From NCBI GenBank assembly GCA_963845185.1, contig CAWJRG010000010.1, positions 704,001 to 768,000 of the forward strand: a stretch of DNA of 64,000 bases, written 5' to 3'. Of the stretch, positions 37,964 to 46,898 are shown piece by piece. Source of the stretch: an uncultured bacterium. Lineage in GTDB: Bacteria; Oederibacteriota; PGYV01; CAWJRG01. The position numbers and the translations under genes were made by a program. The notes under the pieces are model-generated. The model saw only the letters and a program-made list of their open reading frames with translations. It had not been told where the DNA came from and did no database searches. The first letter of the stretch is position 1. Each line of letters starts with the position of its first letter.

Positions 37964-38641
37964 ATGGCTGAAAAAAAGGAAATAATTTCCGCTGAACCTG
38001 GCCTTGTCGTGGATCCACAAACCAAAGACGAAGAAGTTGCCAACTCCATAACCCACGGCCTTGGGGCTGCGTTATCCGTGGCAGCGCTGGTTCTTTTGGT
38101 CGTCTTCGCGGCCAGGAAGGGCGATGCCTGGAAAATAACTTGCTTTTCTATATACGGCTCGACCCTCATTATATTATATGTTATGTCCACGCTCTCCCAT
38201 GCCATAATAGGAATAAGGTTAAAGCGCTTCTTTGAGCTGCTCGATTACTCAGCCATTTACCTTTTAATAGCAGGCACATACACACCCATTACCCTTATGT
38301 ATTTGCGGGGGCCCTGGGGCTGGTCTATTTTCGGCATAATTTGGGGATTTGCAGTAATAGGCATATTGTGCAAAGTCTTTCTTTTGGGCAAATGGGATTT
38401 TCTTTCAGTAATATTTTACATACTCATGGGTTGGATACTGGTCATCGCGTTTAAGCCCCTGCTGCACAATGCGCCTGGCGGGTTTATTAAATGGCTGGCA
38501 ATAGGCGGGGCATGTTACATGTTCGGGTCGTTCTTTTACCTTTTTAAAAAAATGCCGTTCCATCATCCCGTATGGCACTTGTTTGTCATAGCCGGCAGCG
38601 CGTGCCATTTTTTTGGTTTCCTTTTTTACATGGCACTATAA
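37964..38641 (+). CDS. Hemolysin III/PAQR family membrane protein
   Basis: EEVANSITHG, AIYLLIAGTYTP, WHLFV. Confidence 0.92.
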   Translation: MAEKKEIISAEPGLVVDPQTKDEEVANSITHGLGAALSVAALVLLVVFAARKGDAWKITCFSIYGSTLIILYVMSTLSHAIIGIRLKRFFELLDYSAIYLLIAGTYTPITLMYLRGPWGWSIFGIIWGFAVIGILCKVFLLGKWDFLSVIFYILMGWILVIAFKPLLHNAPGGFIKWLAIGGACYMFGSFFYLFKKMPFHHPVWHLFVIAGSACHFFGFLFYMAL

Positions 38642-38767
38642 AAAAATAGGAATATTTTGGGTCTGGAACTGCCATCAGGTAGCAGCACAAAAAAGGATTA
38701 AAGACTTGCAAAAAAAATTGATTTTGGTATTATTTTGGTTATATTAAAAACATAACAGGAGGGTCAA

Positions 38768-39520
38768 ATGAAAAAAAATTTTGTAGCTGTTTTTTGCCTT
38801 ATTTTTATGGCAGTGATAATTTCTGCAGGATGCAAGAACCAAAAAACTTCGTCGCCTACTACAGTAATAATTGTAGCAACATCTACTCCCACTAAAATAC
38901 CGACCATTATAGACAACTTTGAAGCAGATACACCTTTAATGACGCCTGCGCAAAATCTGCTTGGTGGTTCTTGGGGTCATTGGGCAGCCCAAAATGCTGC
39001 AAATTCGCAGTACTGCTCTATCACTTTGACTGTTCTGACAGGGACAGGCGGATCCGGGTCAAACGCCCTGCAGATACTTGCAAATATTGTCGGAGATAAC
39101 TTTCCAAGCATTACGTGCCCTACGTTTTTTACGCCTGCTACATATACTGCTGTTGATATAAACACGCTTACAACAAACGGTTATACCGGGATAAGAATGA
39201 AAATGAAGCTTGTGCCAGGCAGCGGGAGCGGCAGCCATGTTAATTATGACATTCAACTGTTCGACTGGCGTATTCGTGATGGTTCTTACTGGATGTATGA
39301 TATGAATACCCTGCTTGTGCCAAATACATGGGTCACGGTAAGCGTGCCTTTTTCATACTTTAACATAGCAGGCTGGGGAGGCACAGGCGATTCCTATACA
39401 CGCTCGGATACTTACGCCAATATAAGCGGAATACAATGGGCAATTGAAACCAACGGCAGCGGGAGCGGCAACGCATACTATGGTATACAGTGGTATTTGG
39501 ATGATATAGAGATTTATTAG
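38768..39520 (+). CDS. Lipoprotein with CBM11/CIA30-like domain
   Basis: Lipobox SAGC; IDNFE, W.TVSVPFS.F, LDDIEIY. Confidence 0.75.
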   Translation: MKKNFVAVFCLIFMAVIISAGCKNQKTSSPTTVIIVATSTPTKIPTIIDNFEADTPLMTPAQNLLGGSWGHWAAQNAANSQYCSITLTVLTGTGGSGSNALQILANIVGDNFPSITCPTFFTPATYTAVDINTLTTNGYTGIRMKMKLVPGSGSGSHVNYDIQLFDWRIRDGSYWMYDMNTLLVPNTWVTVSVPFSYFNIAGWGGTGDSYTRSDTYANISGIQWAIETNGSGSGNAYYGIQWYLDDIEIY

Positions 39521-39692
39521 ATACCGGCAAAACCAAAAAATTTTTTAAAAATTATTGATGGATTGAAAACAAAAACCCCGGATTAATATAATTACAATCT
39601 GTCTGCATATAAACTCGCAGTAATAAAACACTTAACTCAGGCAAACTAATTTTATCATGCCTTTCTTTCGTGTATTATACCTGTTAATTATT

Positions 39693-40991
39693 CTATTGGG
39701 CCGGAATGCCTGGAGCGCCCTGGTTTGCCATCTCTTCTTCAGAAGCTCCGGGGTTATAAGGGTTCCCATTGGCGTCAAACATATCGAAAGACTTGTCATT
39801 TAGCTTCAAGATTATTTCAAGCGGCCTTCCATTGTTTGGGTCAGAAAACATCACATCCTGGACGCCTGAAGCCAGATAAATCGGGTTAAATTGAGGCGGG
39901 TTTGACGTATCATATAGGTAAGCATCCTGTGTATCCGCAACCACTTTTACTACCCTGGTATTATCCGGGCTTGTATAATTTTGCGTATTGTTATTCTCAG
40001 GTACGGTAACTGCTACATTGTCCTCTGCCGAGTTTACCGGTATGTAAGTGGTGTTATTATAACAGTACAGGTCTCCCATGTGATACGGGTCCTGCCACCA
40101 CCAGAAGCCGTCATTCCAGAAGCACCAGCGGTCATAATCTGCGTCATACCACCACCAGCGGTTATTGAAATGGCGCGTCCAGAAATATTTGCTGCCAACA
40201 TACCAGCCATACCAGTGATAGCCCGAATTGTCAATGTAATGGCAATAGGTAAAATTCCCGCCGTTATGCCAGTAGTAATGGTTATACTGGGTTTCGGTCT
40301 GATTAAAAACGCGTATTTTTGACTGAAAGGAAATACCGGCAACGAGTGACATTTGTGCCTTGACCACCTTGTCATTGAAATGCCGTAAAGAAACAGCCGC
40401 AGCGTTCAAAGGATGATTATTAAAACCTGTTCTTGGATAAGCAATCATGGAATGCTGCCTGTCCGTATGTATAACCTCTTCCCTGTTTGTAATATAACCC
40501 GGCTCGGATTTCACGCCGAGTTTTTTCAGTTTTGTACGGACATAATTCACCTGATAAGGATGATGGTGTACCACGCTTGTCTGATTGACACCTGTATTTA
40601 CAACCTGCCGTTGGTTCATTTTATTGTAAGTTTTGACTTCATTATTTTTTGGTTGGGTATTATAATAATTCTGCCTTTTGTTCTGGTTATTGGACGTCCA
40701 TTTCAGTTTGCCGTAATTGGGCGCATTGTTTACCTGCTGCTGTGCCGGCTGCTGTTTTTGCTGCGATGGATAATTCCGGTTATGCCCGCCGCTGGATCCA
40801 TGGTTCATGTTAATTACCACCGAGTTGTTCTTTGTGCCCTTTTGCTTGTAATTATCGTTATTCTGGTTTTTTGACTGGTTCTGGTTGTCTGAATTGCCAT
40901 TGTCATTATTCTGAAAATTACCGCCCCGTGCCATGACATTCAAGGCAGGCACTAAAATTACCGTCAAAATCAATGCTGTTAATCTTTTCAT
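39693..40991 (-). CDS. Secreted protein with Asn/Gln-rich N-terminus and Trp/Tyr-rich central domain
   Basis: Signal peptide; N/Q low-complexity tract; YHWYGWY..RWWWYD..WCFWNDGFWWW. Confidence 0.75.
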   Translation of the reverse strand: MKRLTALILTVILVPALNVMARGGNFQNNDNGNSDNQNQSKNQNNDNYKQKGTKNNSVVINMNHGSSGGHNRNYPSQQKQQPAQQQVNNAPNYGKLKWTSNNQNKRQNYYNTQPKNNEVKTYNKMNQRQVVNTGVNQTSVVHHHPYQVNYVRTKLKKLGVKSEPGYITNREEVIHTDRQHSMIAYPRTGFNNHPLNAAAVSLRHFNDKVVKAQMSLVAGISFQSKIRVFNQTETQYNHYYWHNGGNFTYCHYIDNSGYHWYGWYVGSKYFWTRHFNNRWWWYDADYDRWCFWNDGFWWWQDPYHMGDLYCYNNTTYIPVNSAEDNVAVTVPENNNTQNYTSPDNTRVVKVVADTQDAYLYDTSNPPQFNPIYLASGVQDVMFSDPNNGRPLEIILKLNDKSFDMFDANGNPYNPGASEEEMANQGAPGIPAQ

Positions 40992-41032
40992 GTTGTTCAC
41001 CTCGTTAATGTATTTTAAATCGTATCTGAAAA

Positions 41033-41062
41033 TTAGACGTTTAATTTTCCCAAAAGATTACA
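41033..41062 (-). promoter_or_regulatory. Putative ECF sigma promoter
   Basis: TGTAAT-N17-CGTCTAA upstream of the N/Q-rich gene. Confidence 0.45.
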
Positions 41063-41190
41063 TAAAGCCGAATATTTTTATTCTTGCTGGATTTTTCCTC
41101 TATATTTATTATCCTCCAGCGCACTGAAAAAGTCAAAGCCAATTTTTTACTGTCAGGAAAATTTAAGAAAGCATGCCTTGCTTCCGGTGC

Positions 41191-42641
41191 TTATTTTACC
41201 ACAGCCATCTTTCCCCATTGTTTTTGTTTGGAGCCCTCGGCTGTTTCTATGCTGTAAATATATACCCCGCTTGCCGCTTCCCTGCCTGTTTTATTCCTGG
41301 TATCCCAGTATATGCTGTTCATGCCCGCAAGTCCCTGCTGCGAAAGTTCCACAACAACTTCCCCGCTTATTGTGTATATCTTTACATTTACTTCTGCCTC
41401 ATTGCACAACTGATAAATTATATTTGTGCCTTCAAAGCATGGGTTGGGCGAATTTTTATATAATGTCAGGCAAGGCGGCACTTGCGTCGTAGGCGTTGAT
41501 GTTATGGTAAAAGTTGGCGTTATTGTCGCGGAAACCGTCATGGTCGGCGGCGTTCCGGTTATTGTTGATGTTATAGTAATTGTGGGTGTTAATGTTATCG
41601 TGCTGGTTAAAGATGGGGTAACAGTCGGCGTGTTTGAAGGTGTAAACGGGCATATACTATTTCTCCAGAGGCCGTGCCCTCCACTCCCGCCTCCTGCCCA
41701 TAAATATCCTTCAGAGCAATCAGCCATCATGGGCCATATGCTGCTGAAAGTCATGCCGTCATTGTAAGCCTGCCATGTCATGCCGTTATCTGTGCTTAAT
41801 TGAACGCCTGCCATTCCTGACTCATAAAGCACAGGAGACCCGCAACAGCAGACATTTTCAATGCTTCTGGCGTTAGATTCCCCTGGTACCTGGCTCAAAA
41901 ATGATGTTGCGCCCGAAGTGCTGTTATAATAATAAACTGCCCCGCTTGTTTCCAAAAAATAAAAATTGCCCCGTATTGCGCAGTCAAATGACATCCACAC
42001 GACCCGCGAGGTTGTTGTTGACAAAGTGGTGATTGTGTCAGTGCTCCACGAGTAAACAGCCACGAGATAGTCCCCGCAAAGATACAATTGATCTGTATTC
42101 CACGGAGATTGATGAATGGACATTATGGTTGCATTGCTGACCGGGTTTGAGGGGTCCACCCGGTCCAGTTCAGCCCGGCATTAACGGTCCTGTAAGTTCC
42201 CATAGTAGTTGCAACAAGCAACTGGCTGCTGTTTCCTCCTACTATTTTTATTGAATGTGTGCTTGTCGCAGTCATGCCTGTCTGCAAATCCTGGAGCGTA
42301 ATTGCCGGGTCGAGCGCGTCAAGCGATTCTTCTACCATTTCCGACGAATTCCAGTTGGTGCCCCACAGCGTCGTAGGAGTGTTTGGGTCTATTAATAAAC
42401 TCTCGAAATTATACATGGTTGATATTTGTGCCCAGGTTGTGCCGTTGTCCGTGGTCCTGTATATGCCTCCGGCAGCCCATGAACCTGCAAAGACAACTCC
42501 TGTCCCGCCGTCACAAATCGAGGAAAACACCTGTGAATCAATGGTCGGGTATCCTGCAGTTACATCCTGCCAGGTATTTGAATAAGCAGAATTGACCAAC
42601 AATAGTAAAAATATTAAGAAAAATATTTGTCTTATTTTCGT
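41191..42641 (-). pseudogene. Frameshifted secreted BNR/Asp-box propeller protein with Thr linker and C-terminal domain
   Basis: ORFs 42123-42602 and 41191-42159 join through one missing base near 42160; AGGAG RBS 8 nt before an ACG codon. Confidence 0.7.
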
Positions 42642-42658
42642 AATATCCTCTCCTGAAG

Positions 42659-43552
42659 TTATATTAAATTAAGCACTTCCTTTAGTGACGGCAGGTTTAA
42701 GGCTGCCGGGAAATGCTCGCACGCGAGCGCGCCGACTGCAGCGGCAAATTTTATAATTTTTTCGTCTTCATACCCCTGTAAAACCCCGTAAACCGCCCCT
42801 GCCCTGAAAAAATCGCCTGCCGCAAGCGTGCCTTTTGCTTTTACTGTAAAAGGTATGAATTTTTTTATCCCCTGGTTTTTCCTGCAATAAAGTATTTCCC
42901 TGTTCCCAAAAGTAAAAACAACAAGCCCTTCTGTGTTGTCCGAGTATTTTTTAATCTGCTTTTTAATGTTTGCTCCGGGAAATTCCCTTTGAGTGAATTC
43001 ATCAGATATTATTGTGACTGCGGCATGCCTGTGTATAAAATCATCAGGCTTTAAATCTATGGTTACATATTTTTTAGCGTACGCAACGCAATGTTCTGCC
43101 GCAAGCTTTGAATCCTCTCCAAAAAACGGGTCAAGCGAAACAACTTTTGCGTCCTTTATATCGATTTTATTCGGTTTTGACCACTTTTTTTCTTTGGATG
43201 ACAAATAATTCCCGAACTTCCCGAATATTGTCCTTGAATTTGCGTCCACAAGTATAAGGTCTTCCACTCCGTCAAAAGAGCTGTCATATTTCATGCCCGA
43301 GCAGTCAATATGGTGTTTATTGTATAAATCAAGGGTCGGTTTTTTTGTTTTCCTGCCGAGATAAGGCCCGTCTGCCTTTACTTTTAGGCCGAAATTTGCA
43401 AGCAAAAGCGCTGCATTTCCCGTTTCCCCGCTCGGTGTTATTATTGTATTTTTTATTTCCCTGTATGAATCAGGTTCAGGATAATCGCCGTCAAGTATAT
43501 GTATTGTGGACAAACAAGTCATGCCGTAAAGGTAAACATCTAGTGAATGCAT
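42659..43552 (-). CDS. PfkB-family carbohydrate kinase
   Basis: SGETGNAA, TFG, GTLAAGDFFRAG. Confidence 0.85.
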   Translation of the reverse strand: MHSLDVYLYGMTCLSTIHILDGDYPEPDSYREIKNTIITPSGETGNAALLLANFGLKVKADGPYLGRKTKKPTLDLYNKHHIDCSGMKYDSSFDGVEDLILVDANSRTIFGKFGNYLSSKEKKWSKPNKIDIKDAKVVSLDPFFGEDSKLAAEHCVAYAKKYVTIDLKPDDFIHRHAAVTIISDEFTQREFPGANIKKQIKKYSDNTEGLVVFTFGNREILYCRKNQGIKKFIPFTVKAKGTLAAGDFFRAGAVYGVLQGYEDEKIIKFAAAVGALACEHFPAALNLPSLKEVLNLI

Positions 43553-43592
43553 ATGACTCCATTTTTAAATATTATTTGCGAATTAGACAAGA

Positions 43593-44615
43593 TTACTGTG
43601 ACCACCATACATCGTTAAGAGGGGGTGGGGCACCATTATAACCGCCTATTACCCACATCCTGTTATTATATGCAACGCTCGTATGTCCGTACCTGGCTGT
43701 GAACCCTGCCATGCCTGTTGCCTGCGTCCATGCAATACCATCACTTGAATACCATATATCATTAAAGTTATTGCCGTTATTAGTACCGGCCATAATCCAT
43801 ATTCTTCCGTTATATACTATGCTTGTTTGCCCGGCCCTGGTTCCAAACCCAGCTGAACCAGTCGCCTGTACCCAATTCATGCCGTCACTGGAACTCCATA
43901 CGTCGCTATAATAAGTGGTAAAGTTGGAACCGGCTACAACCCACATCTTATTATTAAACACAACACTTGTATGCCCGAATCTTGCTGAAAATGCAGCTGT
44001 TCCTGTTACCTGCGTCCATGTCGCGCCGTCAGTGGAATTCCATACGTCGTTTAGATAACCAAGGCTATTTAATCCGCCTATTACCCATATTTCATTATTA
44101 TATACAACACTTGTATGTCCCGCCCTGTTGGAAAATACATTTGTCCCTATTGCCTGCGTCCATATCACGCCATCAGTTGAACTCCATACATCATTATATA
44201 TGCTGGGATTCTGCCCTGCTATAACCCACATTTTATTGTTATATACAACGCTCGTATGCAAATTCCTTCCAGGGAATGCGGCATTTCCTGTTATCTGAGT
44301 CCATAATGAGCCGTCAGTTGAACTCCATACATCATTCAGGCCAGTAGTGCCATCCACAGTCCCGCCTATAACCCACATCATATTATTATATACAACGCTT
44401 GTATGCTGGTATCTTGGAGTAAACCCAGCTGTCATAGTTGTGTCTGTCCAGAATGCCCCGGAATTTGACGGCGTGGGAATGGTTCCTGGCGTAGGAACAG
44501 TTATTGGCGTGGCCATGGCCGGTGTAGGTAAAACCGGAACTTTTAGATTTTTGCATCCGGTAAGCGCAATAAAAATTAGAGATATGGCAATAAGTACCGT
44601 TATTATTTTTTTCAT
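43593..44615 (-). CDS. Kelch-like beta-propeller lipoprotein
   Basis: Lipobox LTGC; six R..HTSVVYNN.MWVIGG..NDVWSS.DG repeats. Confidence 0.85.
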   Translation of the reverse strand: MKKIITVLIAISLIFIALTGCKNLKVPVLPTPAMATPITVPTPGTIPTPSNSGAFWTDTTMTAGFTPRYQHTSVVYNNMMWVIGGTVDGTTGLNDVWSSTDGSLWTQITGNAAFPGRNLHTSVVYNNKMWVIAGQNPSIYNDVWSSTDGVIWTQAIGTNVFSNRAGHTSVVYNNEIWVIGGLNSLGYLNDVWNSTDGATWTQVTGTAAFSARFGHTSVVFNNKMWVVAGSNFTTYYSDVWSSSDGMNWVQATGSAGFGTRAGQTSIVYNGRIWIMAGTNNGNNFNDIWYSSDGIAWTQATGMAGFTARYGHTSVAYNNRMWVIGGYNGAPPPLNDVWWSQ

Positions 44616-44688
44616 TAAAACTCCATTAATATTTTCTTTTCCGAATTTTCGGGCTCATCAAATACCACTTACCACATAGCACTAATCA

Positions 44689-45729
44689 TTACTGCGACCA
44701 CCATACATCATTCAGGAAACCACTATTATTATACCCTGCAATTACCCATATTTTGTTATTATATGCAACACTTGATTGCCCATACCTGGCGCTAAACCCG
44801 GCTATGCCTGTTGCCTGTGTCCAGGTTATGCCATCAATTGAACTCCATACGTCATTTAAATAAGGCGAATTAGCACCGCCATCATATCCGGCAATTACCC
44901 ATATTTTATTATTATATACAATACTTGAAAGCCCGGCCCTACCGGGAAACCCTGCTGTCACATTATTCCATGTCATGCCATCGCTTGAACTCCAAACATC
45001 ATTCTCAAAACCATAGTTATACGTTCCGCCATCATATCCGCCTATCACCCACATTTTATTATTAAACACTACACTTGCATGTCCATACCTGGAGGTGAAT
45101 ACAGTTGTCCCTGTTGCCTGCGTCCATGCCATACCGTCACTGGAATACCAAACATCATTTAGGCCAGAAGCTCCGTTCGTTCCGCCTATAACCCACATCA
45201 TGTTATTAAATACTACGCTCGTCTGTCCATACCTGCCGCTAAACCCGGCTGTGCCTGTTGCAAGATTCCAGTTTATACCGTCGCTTGAACTCCATACATC
45301 GTTATAATAAGTTGTGTTATCAAATCCGCCTATAACCCACATCATATTATTAAATACTACGCTTGAATGAAAATACCTGGGGTTAAATCCGGCTGCCCCT
45401 GTTGTCTGTGCCCATGTAACGCCATCGCTTGAATTCCATACGTCATTAAGAATAACCATCCCGTTACCTAACCCGCCTATAACCCACATCATATTGTTGT
45501 ATACAAGGCTTGTATCCTGATACCTGCCGGCAAACCCGGCTGCCATTGTCGCGTCAGTCCAGTAAACTCCTGGATTTGATATAGGCGTAACCGTAGGCAA
45601 AGCAGTGGGCATGGTTATAGGCGTGGGCATGATTGGGGTAGGTACGGATGGCAGCTTTAAATTTTTACACCCTGAAATCGCCGCTAAAAAAAGTATTATT
45701 ATAAAAAACAAAACTGCAATTTTTTTCAT
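44689..45729 (-). CDS. Kelch-like beta-propeller lipoprotein (tandem paralog)
   Basis: Lipobox ISGC; same six repeats; ends NDVWWSQ. Confidence 0.85.
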   Translation of the reverse strand: MKKIAVLFFIIILFLAAISGCKNLKLPSVPTPIMPTPITMPTALPTVTPISNPGVYWTDATMAAGFAGRYQDTSLVYNNMMWVIGGLGNGMVILNDVWNSSDGVTWAQTTGAAGFNPRYFHSSVVFNNMMWVIGGFDNTTYYNDVWSSSDGINWNLATGTAGFSGRYGQTSVVFNNMMWVIGGTNGASGLNDVWYSSDGMAWTQATGTTVFTSRYGHASVVFNNKMWVIGGYDGGTYNYGFENDVWSSSDGMTWNNVTAGFPGRAGLSSIVYNNKIWVIAGYDGGANSPYLNDVWSSIDGITWTQATGIAGFSARYGQSSVAYNNKIWVIAGYNNSGFLNDVWWSQ

Positions 45730-45730
45730 A

Positions 45731-46498
45731 TTAAAACTCCTTTGTTAAAACCATTGCGAACCTGTCTCCCTTATAATCAATATTTAAAGCTGTGTCTTTT
45801 GTGAAAACTGCGTGCAAAAAAAACGCGTCAACAAGCGTGTATACCACCAGGCCGACTGTAATCCCGGCTACTATCCCAAAAAGGTTTTGTTTGTTCTGCG
45901 CATTAGACAGATTGTTTACCAGCGTGTTGTAATTATCCACGGTTGTATTGTTTATCTGGCCATAGAGGCTGTTGTAATCATCCGACGCTTTATTCTGGTC
46001 AAGGTAAGAAACCACCGAGTATGCTGCAAGCGAAACATCCACAATCACCAGGCCCCATTTTAAAACCGGGCTTCCTTCGTCGTGTTTTATCCCTGCTTCC
46101 TGAGTATTCGGCAATGGCGGAGCCTGGCCCTCAAGTTTTGCTATAAAATTTTCAACCTGCGTTGTGGGGTATAAGGCGTCTGCTGCTTTGTACCATTTCA
46201 GCGCCTCTTCTGTCTGGTTTGCCTTGTACGCGGCGTACCCTTTTGCAAGGTCTTCCTTGTATGCCATCGCGACGCTGTAATCAAGGAATTTTTTCAGGGT
46301 AGGGTCCTGTTTTACCGCGTACGCGCTTTTATAGTACATGCTGGCGTCTGTCCAGTTTTTTGCCTTGTACGCTTCGTTCCCTTTTTGTAAATCTTCGTCA
46401 TAACCAGCGTATAGAGGCAAAACAAATATGGCTGTTACTGCGAAAAACAGAAGCACCCGTAGTAAAAAATGTCTCTTAAAGTGAATTTTTTCCTGCAT
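45731..46498 (-). CDS. Secreted TPR-like protein with C-terminal hydrophobic hairpin
   Basis: Signal peptide, two KG.AAYKA repeats, two hydrophobic segments. Confidence 0.7.
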   Translation of the reverse strand: MQEKIHFKRHFLLRVLLFFAVTAIFVLPLYAGYDEDLQKGNEAYKAKNWTDASMYYKSAYAVKQDPTLKKFLDYSVAMAYKEDLAKGYAAYKANQTEEALKWYKAADALYPTTQVENFIAKLEGQAPPLPNTQEAGIKHDEGSPVLKWGLVIVDVSLAAYSVVSYLDQNKASDDYNSLYGQINNTTVDNYNTLVNNLSNAQNKQNLFGIVAGITVGLVVYTLVDAFFLHAVFTKDTALNIDYKGDRFAMVLTKEF

Positions 46499-46557
46499 TT
46501 TTGCCCTCCGTATTTTGATAATTATTATTGTTTTTCAACATCTTTAAAGCTGTTAAA

Positions 46558-46586
46558 AGTATATCATTGATTTTTCAGCCGGTCAA
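46558..46586 (-). promoter_or_regulatory. Sigma70 promoter
   Basis: TTGACC-N17-TATACT. Confidence 0.6.
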
Positions 46587-46656
46587 GTTTTTGATTTTAG
46601 ATTATGGGTATTTCTGCTGTATTTACGGAAATAAATTAAACGTACAAAATTGCTCC

Positions 46657-46685
46657 TTGACTTTTCTAAAAACCAAAATTATACT
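46657..46685 (+). promoter_or_regulatory. Divergent sigma70 promoter
   Basis: TTGACT-N17-TATACT. Confidence 0.6.
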
Positions 46686-46735
46686 TAATATATATAGATA
46701 ATAATTTTATTAAAAGCTGGATTTCTGGAGGCAAA

Positions 46736-46807
46736 ATTTAAAAATCCATCTTGTTTTTTTTATCTTTGTTTCTCTTTCTAAATTTGTTATTTTCTGACAC
46801 ATGGTAA
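46736..46807 (+). pseudogene. Decayed 5' end (signal peptide) of a secreted-protein gene
   Basis: GGAGG then ATT TAA AAA TCC... reading (M)(K)KSILFFLSLFLFLNLLFSDTW*. Confidence 0.45.
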
Positions 46808-46898
46808 AATGGAAAAATATTATTTTAAGCGGCATATATATTTATAGTACAAATGAAGGAGAAACTAAAAATGGGTAAAATGAATGCGGTAAAATATA

